DNA of 64,000 nucleotides from an uncultured Clostridia bacterium. Lineage in GTDB: Bacteria > Bacillota > Clostridia > Christensenellales > HGM11417. A program made the translations under genes and the position numbers. Of the stretch, positions 57,347 through 64,000 are shown piece by piece. The notes beneath the pieces were generated by a model. It did not search any database. It saw only the letters and a list, made by a program, of their open reading frames with translations, and was not told where the DNA came from. The stretch's first letter is position 1, and each line of letters starts with the position of its first letter. Location: contig CALVJY010000003.1 of assembly GCA_944332455.1 (NCBI GenBank), positions 49,988 to 113,987 on the forward strand, written 5' to 3'.

Positions 57347-58132
57347 ATGAAAAAACCCCCTTTGCAGGCCGCGAGCCTGCCAAACCCCGTCCTCTGTTCC
57401 AACAGCTACGCCGGAATGCGGGCCGGCGCGCTTCCTCTGCCCACCGCGGCGCAGGAGCGGAGGGAAAAGAAGCTGGCCCGGAAGCGGTTCGCCCTGGAAA
57501 TGTCCCTGATGATGATCCTGGTCTCCTTCTTGGGCTGGTGCATGGAGACGGTGTATTGCAGCCTGCTGGCCGGCAAGTTTACCGACCGCGGCTTTCTGAC
57601 CCTGCCTTTTTGCACCATCTACGGGACCTCGGTGGTGGGCATCTACCTCCTGCTGGGCACCCCGGTCAAGGGCAGGCTGGTCGATCTGCTGCGGCGGACC
57701 CGGATGCCGAAATGGCTGAGCGTGACCCTGAGCGTGCTGGTCTACTTTGTGGCCGCCGCCCTCATCCCCACCCTGGTCGAACTGGCCACCGGCTGGTTCT
57801 TCGACGAGTTTTTCGGGGTCCGGCTGTGGAGCTACACCGGATACAAGTACAACTTCAAGGGCTACATCTGTCTGGAATTTACCCTGTTGTGGGGGGTGCT
57901 GATCACCGCTGCCATGGCCACGGCCTGGCACCTGCTGCACTGGCTGATCCACAAGATCCCCTCCCGCCCCCTGTTCTGGCTGAGCGCCGTGTTCCGGGTG
58001 GTTTTGACCATGGACTTCCTCTTTAATTTCGGCTATCTGTTAAAAACCGGCAAGCACTTCAGTTTGGAAAAACTGGCCCTGGGGCTGGGCAAGCTGTTCT
58101 CCCTGCGAAAACCGCTCGGAGGCTGTTTCTGA
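57347..58132 (+). CDS. Putative ABC-transporter type IV / DUF1113 family membrane protein
   Basis: LVSFLGWCMETVYCSLLAGKFTDRGFLTLPFCTIYG matches the family core (GW..E......G....RGFL.GP..PIYG) as I recall it. Confidence 0.6.
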   Translation: MKKPPLQAASLPNPVLCSNSYAGMRAGALPLPTAAQERREKKLARKRFALEMSLMMILVSFLGWCMETVYCSLLAGKFTDRGFLTLPFCTIYGTSVVGIYLLLGTPVKGRLVDLLRRTRMPKWLSVTLSVLVYFVAAALIPTLVELATGWFFDEFFGVRLWSYTGYKYNFKGYICLEFTLLWGVLITAAMATAWHLLHWLIHKIPSRPLFWLSAVFRVVLTMDFLFNFGYLLKTGKHFSLEKLALGLGKLFSLRKPLGGCF

Positions 58133-58259
58133 CCTTCCCCCTCGCAAAACAACGGGCTGCTGCGGGGACGAACAGGATCAAGCCCGAACACAGCCCCCGC
58201 AGGCCGGCGCCGGTTTTCCCCTCAAATTTGCGCGCCGGCGTGAGGATAAGTAAAAGCAA

Positions 58260-58289
58260 AGAACGTTCCCCCGAAAGGCGGAACGTTCT
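58260..58289. terminator. Bidirectional terminator between convergent genes
   Basis: AGAACGTTCC-cccgaaaggc-GGAACGTTCT, a perfect 10-bp stem flanked by A-rich and T-rich runs. Confidence 0.7.
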
Positions 58290-58307
58290 TTCTTGTTTTC
58301 AGCCTGC

Positions 58308-59174
58308 TCAGTAAAACAGTCGGTCCCACAGCCGGTCCGGGTCGAAGCCGAACACCTGCACGAGTTCCATCTGACTGCTGTTTGCGAGGTCAAAGGGCAG
58401 CACGAGGGCGCCGCCGTTCCCGTCCAGATCGAGGCCGAACTGCCGGTAGGCATACCAGACGAGATGGGCGCACTGCGTCTTTTGAATGGAATCCTTGGCC
58501 GTAAAGATGCCCGCAAAGGCGCTGTACGGGATCCCCTTCAGGTTTTCCTCGGCATACACCGCCGCCTGTTCGAGGACCTCTTGTTCGGCTTTCGGGCGCA
58601 GGATCATAAAATTGACCCGATCGGTAAAGTAGTCCGCTCCGGTCTCCGAGCTCGGCTCCCCGTAATTTTTCGCCTGCAAAATCCTTTCCCTTCTCCCGTC
58701 CACGACGATGCCGGCATGGCCGACGCGGAAGCAGGAGATGTGCGTGGAGGAGGTCACGATGACGTCGCCCTCCTCCAAAAAGATGTTGACGCCGGGTTGG
58801 TCGGCGTGGTCCGTGCAGGTCCAGGGCGCAAAGGGATCCCGGACCGTCGTGCTCTCGGTGAAAAACCGATCCTGGATGGCTTCGATCCTGGCGATCCCGG
58901 CCGCTCCCCTGGCCAGGGCGCGGTCTATGCCCAGCCTGGTCAGCCCCGTCTGCCGGTAAAGCAGTTCATAATCGCTTTCGGACAGAGTCTCCTGCGCCAG
59001 GGCTGCGGAAAGATCCGCCTTTTCGTAGTCCGGATGCCAGCATTCGATGCCGTCGGAGACCCAGAGTCCGATCTGCAGCGCGGAGACAAGCAAAAAGGCC
59101 GCACCCAAAAAACCGCCGCAGACGGCGGCCAGGATGCGCACCCCTTTTCGTTTGATGGGCTTTTCTTTTTTCAT
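58308..59174 (-). CDS. YiiX/YaeF-like permuted papain-fold (NlpC/P60 clan) hydrolase with N-terminal TM
   Basis: Start trimmed to ATG 59174. EEGDVIVTSSTHISCFRVGHAGIVV comes before TQCAHLVWYAYRQFG, i.e. His before Cys, the permuted order. Confidence 0.55.
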   Translation of the reverse strand: MKKEKPIKRKGVRILAAVCGGFLGAAFLLVSALQIGLWVSDGIECWHPDYEKADLSAALAQETLSESDYELLYRQTGLTRLGIDRALARGAAGIARIEAIQDRFFTESTTVRDPFAPWTCTDHADQPGVNIFLEEGDVIVTSSTHISCFRVGHAGIVVDGRRERILQAKNYGEPSSETGADYFTDRVNFMILRPKAEQEVLEQAAVYAEENLKGIPYSAFAGIFTAKDSIQKTQCAHLVWYAYRQFGLDLDGNGGALVLPFDLANSSQMELVQVFGFDPDRLWDRLFY

Positions 59175-59340
59175 GTACGGCACAGGGCGGGCTCGGCTCC
59201 TTTCAAAGCTCGATTCCCAAGACACCCCTTGGGCCCAGGTGCCGGCCTCTTTTTTGGCCTTTGCCTGAACCGCCTCCCCATCGGAAAGACCGCGGACGGC
59301 CTGAAACAGCGCTCGATCCCGCTCCCATCGGATCCGGGCT

Positions 59341-59736
59341 TCAGCCCTCCGAGGCGGGGAACTCCCGCTCGATCTTCCTCAAAATGGCGAGATCTGCCGG
59401 GCAGAAGCGGTAAGAAGGGATCTCGGCCGGGGTGATCCAGCGAAGGTCCTCGTGCTCCGACAGCTGGGGCTCCTCCTCGGTCTGCGCCCAGAACAGGGTC
59501 AGCCGCACGGTCATGTCGGGATAGCGATGCTCCACCCGCATGAACACCTCCCCCACGGCAATGCGGATCTTCAGTTCCTCCCGGCACTCCCGGATCAGGG
59601 CCTGCTCGAGGGACTCGCCCGGCTCCACCTTGCCGCCCGGGAACTCCCAAAGCAGTCCCTGCGACTTGTGGGCCGGCCTTTGACAGATCAAAAAACGATT
59701 CCCCCGCCGGATCAGCGCTGCAACGACATCCAACAT
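59341..59736 (-). CDS. NUDIX hydrolase (MutT-like)
   Basis: Start trimmed to ATG 59736. Nudix box GGKVEPGESLEQALIRECREELKI. Confidence 0.85.
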   Translation of the reverse strand: MLDVVAALIRRGNRFLICQRPAHKSQGLLWEFPGGKVEPGESLEQALIRECREELKIRIAVGEVFMRVEHRYPDMTVRLTLFWAQTEEEPQLSEHEDLRWITPAEIPSYRFCPADLAILRKIEREFPASEG

Positions 59737-59913
59737 AACGATCACTCCGATTTTCCGAAACGGAACCCCTCGGCGGACAACCCTGCCGGGAGGTCCCGGA
59801 GACTTTTGGAAAAGTATAGCACATTTGGCGCAAAAACACAAATCTTTTGGGGGGCTCTTTTCCCTTTCGTCAAAAAGAAAAGGGAGCAAAACTCCCTCTT
59901 CAGAATCCGCTTT

Positions 59914-61269
59914 TTAATGCGCCAGGGAATCCCAGTAGTCGTCCAGATCCCCCAGCGAGTCCAGGTAGGCGCGGTAGTCCTCCTCGGAAATGGGCTGGCG
60001 CTCCTGACGGTTGAAGGCCTCGGCGGCTTCGGCCCTCATTCCGGCCTCCTGCTTCAGCATCTGCCGGCTCTGATCGGCATAGTCCTCCACCGTTTGGGGC
60101 GGTTCGGCCAGCCCCTCGAACAGGCCGGAGATCCAGTCGGTCAGGCTGCCGTCCCCGTTCAGGAAGGACAGCAGAAGATCCAGCTGCAGACCGAAGGCCA
60201 GATCGGCGATGCTGTTGATGAGATCGGTGAACAGCTGCGCGAGCTGATCGGGATCCAGGGTCTGATAGAACTGATCCAGGAAGAACAGGGAAGCCTCCGA
60301 GTCGATCTCCTGCTCGTAATCGGCCTCAAAGTCGGCCAGGCGGTCGGTCATTTCCGCCATCAGGGCGGAGATCCCCTCTCCCAAAGGCTCTTCGCTCTCC
60401 GACAGTTCCCAGTAATCCTGCGGGATCAGTCCGAACAGCTTTCCGGGGTTTTCCTCGTGGGCCAGGATGCGGTCGGACAGCTCCTGCAATTCGGCAAGAT
60501 CGGCCTTTTTGTCTTTGATGGTCTGCCCGATGCTTTGAACCACTTCCAGCGCGTAGGACCGGAAACGCTCCACATAGCTCTGGTTCAGGTTGTCCTCGGT
60601 CACCAGCTGATCCTGCGCCTCCTGCACCCGGACCGGGCTGTCGCTCAAGGCCTGGGCGATCTGGTCCACGCTCTGCCCGGCCAGACCGGCTCCCGACAGA
60701 TCGGCGGCGGAGACCTGCCGGCTCAGCACGGCGGTCATGACGCCCTTCCGGCAGAAGTAATCGGTCAGCGAGCGGGACAGATCCCGGCGCAGATTGTTGG
60801 CGCGGAATCCGACCTCGTTGGCCACCGACACCCGGACGGCGTTGTCGGTCTCCTCAAAGTAGCCCAATGTCATGGCGCGGTCGGCCAGCAGCACGGCGGC
60901 CTCGGCGGAGCTTTTGCCGATCAGCGAGTCGACAAAGTCCTGATCGGCCAGCATCAGATCGCCGTCCCCGTTCCGGCTGACCACGGCCGTCACCACGTCC
61001 GACAAATCGGTGGAGAGGGCGACGGCGGGGTTGATCTCCAGCAAAACGACGCTGGGGTGGCGGACCGTCCCGAAGTAGAGGGCGGGCGCGGCCACGATCA
61101 GCACCAGCACGGCGGCCGCCGCGAGGGCGACCCAACGGCGGAAGGCCGGGCGGCGGGTCTTTTGTTCCGGACCGCCCTGGGGCAGCGGATGGGACCGGAC
61201 CTCCTCGGACATGGGGGGAGCCAGCCGATCCAGTTCTTCGGAAAGCATTTTTTTGATGTTTCGCTTCAT
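59914..61269 (-). CDS. Putative anti-sigma factor (single-pass membrane protein, 451 aa)
   Basis: ATG 61269 overlaps the sigma-factor stop (ATGA). A short cytoplasmic N-terminus, a TM (WVALAAAAVLVLIVAAPALYF) and a large acidic extracytoplasmic domain. The call rests on position only. Confidence 0.55.
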   Translation of the reverse strand: MKRNIKKMLSEELDRLAPPMSEEVRSHPLPQGGPEQKTRRPAFRRWVALAAAAVLVLIVAAPALYFGTVRHPSVVLLEINPAVALSTDLSDVVTAVVSRNGDGDLMLADQDFVDSLIGKSSAEAAVLLADRAMTLGYFEETDNAVRVSVANEVGFRANNLRRDLSRSLTDYFCRKGVMTAVLSRQVSAADLSGAGLAGQSVDQIAQALSDSPVRVQEAQDQLVTEDNLNQSYVERFRSYALEVVQSIGQTIKDKKADLAELQELSDRILAHEENPGKLFGLIPQDYWELSESEEPLGEGISALMAEMTDRLADFEADYEQEIDSEASLFFLDQFYQTLDPDQLAQLFTDLINSIADLAFGLQLDLLLSFLNGDGSLTDWISGLFEGLAEPPQTVEDYADQSRQMLKQEAGMRAEAAEAFNRQERQPISEEDYRAYLDSLGDLDDYWDSLAH

Positions 61270-61790
61270 ACCGACTCCTCCTCCAGAAATTCCCGCATCT
61301 TGCGGATGGCGGTCTTGTACTTGCTGGTGACGGTGCCGAGAGGCAGCCCCAGCAGCGCGGCGGTCTCCCGATGTTTGTAGCCCCACAAGACGTGCAGGAT
61401 CACCACCTCCCGCTCGTCCGGCTTCAAAGCCCGGTTCAGGGCCTCGAAAGCCGTTCCCTCCTCCGGCCCCTCGGATCCCGCAAAGCGGTCCAGCGCGTCG
61501 TCTCCGGGCGCGCTCTCCCTCTTTCTCTTGCGGAGCTCGTTGAGGGCGGCGTTTTTGGCGATCTGGAGCAGCCAGGCCCGGGCGTCCAGCCCCGAGCGGT
61601 ACTGTAAGATGCGCTCCTTGACCCTGATGTAGACGTTCTGCACCGCGTCTTCGGTGGCCGCCTGTTCCCCGTAGTAGGGATACAGAAAGGCAAAGACGCC
61701 CTTTCGGGTCCCTTCGTAAAGTTCTGCGAAAGCCTGTTGATCGCCGGTCTGCATCTTTTTGAAACAGCGATCTATCTCATGTTTATTCAA
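61266..61790 (-). CDS. ECF-type RNA polymerase sigma-70 family factor
   Basis: 174 aa with a TTG start after GGAGAGGGA. Region 2 (FAELYEGTRKGVFAFLYPYY...DAVQNVYIRV) and region 4 (REVVILHVLWGYKHRETAALLGLPLGTVTSKY). Confidence 0.85.
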   Translation of the reverse strand: MNKHEIDRCFKKMQTGDQQAFAELYEGTRKGVFAFLYPYYGEQAATEDAVQNVYIRVKERILQYRSGLDARAWLLQIAKNAALNELRKRKRESAPGDDALDRFAGSEGPEEGTAFEALNRALKPDEREVVILHVLWGYKHRETAALLGLPLGTVTSKYKTAIRKMREFLEEESV

Positions 61791-62208
61791 GCGGTTCCCT
61801 CTCCGGCAATCAGTCTTTCGAATACTTTAGCACACATTAAACAGTTTTGCAACCACTTTTTATTGTCCCGGGAAAAATTTTTTTGAAAATTTTTTTTTGC
61901 ATTTCCTTCAAAATTTCCCAAAAGGAGGAAGTCGGGTCTCAAACCGTGAGACAAACCGTACACCGAGGAGCCTCCCCCGGGAGGCGAAAAGGCCACTCCA
62001 CACAAAGAACCGCAAAAAAGGAAAGGGCCGCCTTCCCTCCGCAGAAGCTGAAAAATGAAAGAACCTTCCCGAAAAGTTCCCCGAAAGACCGCAGTTTCCG
62101 GTCCCAAAAACTGAAAAAGAGTGTGTGCCTCCAGAAAAGCTCCCCGGAAAAAAAGAGCGCCCTCCCCGAACGCAGGGAAAACGCTCTTTCAGACCGGTAT
62201 ACTTGGGG

Positions 62209-62448
62209 TCAGATCCGGCTGAGGCGGACCTTTCCGCAGAGGACGTCGGAGTAGGAACAGGTCAGGTTTTTGCTGCCGGCCTTATCCCGGACGTCGAGGG
62301 TGAACAGGGAGGGATAGGTCCCGGAGATGACCCCCTCGTACTCAAAAATTTTGTTGCGGCCGGGATTTAAGATGATCTTCAGGGTCTGGCCGATCAACTC
62401 CTTGACGCCGTCCTGAACGCGGCGGATATCTCCTGTGACTTTGCGCAT
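62209..62448 (-). CDS. veg: Veg family protein
   Basis: Start trimmed to ATG 62448 (RBS AAGGAG). ...GRNKIFEYEGVISGTYPSLFTLDV...LTCSYSDVLCGKVRL aligns with B. subtilis Veg (SGILAETYPSVFVI...VSYSYADILT). Confidence 0.8.
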   Translation of the reverse strand: MRKVTGDIRRVQDGVKELIGQTLKIILNPGRNKIFEYEGVISGTYPSLFTLDVRDKAGSKNLTCSYSDVLCGKVRLSRI

Positions 62449-62698
62449 GCGGGAACTCCTTTTTCGGCAACACTTCAAAGACCGCCTGACGGCGCGATCC
62501 GTACGCGATCTTCATGCGGTGTCGCCTTGATTTTTTATGTAGCAATTTATTGATGTCCCGATTTTTCCGCAACCCCGGACTGTCTGAACTTTTTCCCTCT
62601 CCTTTTGACTGATCTTTATCTCCGCCTCCGCAGCGCCCTGACCGCTCACGCCCTTTGTTCCCCTTTGGGTCGAGCTTCTGCCTTTTCCGCTAAACGGC

Positions 62699-62728
62699 AA
62701 AAAAAAGAGGACGGAAGTTCCTGTCCTC
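62699..62728 (-). terminator. Strong orphan intrinsic terminator (minus strand)
   Basis: On the minus strand: GAGGACAG-gaactt-CCGTCCTC followed by eight U. No CDS ends nearby. Confidence 0.65.
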
Positions 62729-63045
62729 AGTATGCCCAAATTTTGCCGTTTTATGCGAAAGATCCGCACTGTGCGCTCGGCGCGGAGTGCAAAAGCGCAC
62801 GCTACGCACAGGCGCGGGGCCCGCATAAGCGACCTGTCACCCCGGCATTCCGGGCGTGAACGGGTCCGTGAGACCCGCCTGTGGGCCCACTCGTCACCCT
62901 TCCGGGCTGACTAACCTTCCGCCCCTTTGCCGGGACGGCGCGAAAGAGGCTGCCGGGATCCGCAAAAAGCGATGAACCCGACCTGACGTTCCGCAGTATG
63001 ATCACACCGGAAAGCAGCCTGAGCCTTTGGCCGGCGCAAAATTTG

Positions 63046-63074
63046 CCGGGGCCGGCTTTTCAAGCCGGCCCCGG
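63046..63074 (-). terminator. Intrinsic terminator after the acidic zinc-ribbon gene
   Basis: On the minus strand: CCGGGGCCGGC-ttgaaaa-GCCGGCCCCGG, followed by CAAATTTTG. Confidence 0.6.
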
Positions 63075-63092
63075 GTCAGACGCGAGGGAAGA

Positions 63093-63587
63093 TCAGTCGT
63101 CCTCGTCCTCGTCGTCTTCGTCATCTTCGTCGTCTTCGTCCAGATCGTCTTCGTCGCCGAAGACATCCTCGTCGAGATCGTCCAGAAAAATGTCGTGATC
63201 CACGGGCTCTTCCTCCTCCTCTTCTTCTTCGTCTCCCTTTTCCTCCTCCTCAAGGTCGGCCAGGGAGAGATCGCCCATTTCGTCGGGCACGATCTCCTTT
63301 TCGTCATCCAGGAAGACCCGCCAGGAGTCGTCCTCGTCCTCGTCCAGCACCGAGGCGTGGTCGTCGTCGTACTTGAGGCGCTCGGCGCACTGGTAGCACA
63401 TTTCCTCTTCGGGACTGATGTAGTTCATCTTGCAGATGGGGCAGAGAATGGAATCGTCGTCGTACCCGTCGTCGAGCAGAGGCGAGGAGGGTACCAGGCG
63501 GAGTTCCGCCTTGCAGACCTCGCAGAGTTCTTCATCCTCTGGGATGTAGTTCAGATCGCATCTGGGGCATTTTTTGTAGTTCGGCAT
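63093..63587 (-). CDS. Double zinc-ribbon protein with poly-acidic tail (164 aa)
   Basis: Start trimmed to ATG 63587. CPRC...CEVC and CPIC...CYQC pairs. The C-terminal third is almost entirely D/E and ends DEDDEDDEDDEDEDD. Confidence 0.5.
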   Translation of the reverse strand: MPNYKKCPRCDLNYIPEDEELCEVCKAELRLVPSSPLLDDGYDDDSILCPICKMNYISPEEEMCYQCAERLKYDDDHASVLDEDEDDSWRVFLDDEKEIVPDEMGDLSLADLEEEEKGDEEEEEEEEPVDHDIFLDDLDEDVFGDEDDLDEDDEDDEDDEDEDD

Positions 63588-63780
63588 AGCGCTTGATTTT
63601 CCTCCGGGGCGGAGCCCGCTTTTCTGACTTTTGTCTGCGCCGGATCCCCCTCGGAGGGCCGTTGAGGCCGGCAAGGGAAAGCGACTGCATAAAGTATATT
63701 CATTTCTCGTTCTTTTGTAAACTATTTTTCGGCCGTTAATCAAAAATTTTTCAAATTTTTCCCGAATTTTTTTTCGCCGG

Positions 63781-63809
63781 TCATAATCCCCCCGTCTTTC
63801 CCATAAGTT
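63781..63809 (+). promoter_or_regulatory. Mother-cell (sigma-E type) promoter candidate of yabP
   Basis: TCATAAT-14 nt-CATAAGTT. RBS AAAAGGAGGG and the ATG at 63843 follow. Confidence 0.55.
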
Positions 63810-63842
63810 AAGGTAGCGAACCAAACCAAAAGGAGGGCTGTC

Positions 63843-64000
63843 ATGGCCGAAGAAAAGAGCACGACCGCCGCCGGGATCCACAATCTGACCCTCTCCTGCC
63901 GCAAGATCCTGCACTTGGACGGCGTGCAGCGGGTGGAGAACTTCAACGAGACCGGCATTCTGCTGCAGACCGAATGCGGGCTTTTGAGCGTGACCGGAAA
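63843..64000 (+). CDS. yabP: Sporulation protein YabP (N-terminal part; runs off the window)
   Basis: My own translation: MAEEKSTTAAGIHNLTLSCRKILHLDGVQRVENFNETGILLQTECGLLSVTG. It matches the YabP pattern (H.L.L..R..L.L.GV..V..F.E..I.L.T..G.L...G). Confidence 0.75.
   Translation, partial: MAEEKSTTAAGIHNLTLSCRKILHLDGVQRVENFNETGILLQTECGLLSVTG

Noticed and set aside
62990-63030. An SRP-RNA-like string CCGGAAAGCAGCC, and on the minus strand GTCAGCCCGGAAGGGTGACGAG.
   Set aside because: The GGAA tetraloop context and the conserved GGAAGCAGC 3' side of helix 8 are not both present, and no Alu-domain motifs are present.

Overview
A 64-kb chromosomal window from a visibly GC-rich, endospore-forming Firmicute. 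The class (Clostridia) is my inference from gene content and synteny only. I call about 66 protein genes, most on the minus strand.

Housekeeping blocks:
- yajC-tgt-queA-ruvBAC
- argGH
- hrcA-grpE-dnaK-dnaJ-prmA-rsmE-mtaB, followed by HIT and rpsU
- feoAB plus a Cys-rich peptide plus mrp

Sporulation content is dense: spoIIGA-sigE-sigG-ylmC, a complete spoIIIAA-AH operon, a spoVB-like flippase, a DUF421/DUF4363 pair, veg and yabP.

The accessory-looking content is:
- a BclA-like collagen-repeat protein with an adjacent GT2-TPR glycosyltransferase
- a GH95-like hydrolase
- an ABC-2 exporter
- an ECF sigma/anti-sigma pair
- several small orphan proteins

I found no rRNA, tRNA, CRISPR array, transposase, integrase or prophage module.

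RNA and regulatory calls: a THF (folT-type) riboswitch, a CIRCE operator, several consensus sigma-A promoters, and a recurring mother-cell (sigma-E/K type) and forespore (sigma-F/G type) promoter pattern.

The most unusual signals are non-coding:
1. A roughly 45-bp palindromic repeat family (GCATAGTACT...AGTACT), with five copies.
2. An AT-rich 15-mer (ATTATTGAAAATTTT), with about ten copies confined to intergenic AT islands.
3. Several ORF-free, repeat- or hairpin-dense spacers. One is a roughly 320-nt minus-strand unit bracketed by two intrinsic terminators, a candidate ncRNA.

I see no recognisable defence, toxin or biosynthetic system. The best candidate for something new is the collagen-like spore-surface glycoprotein locus together with the two repeat families. 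All calls come from reading the sequence and from memory of protein families; no searches were run.
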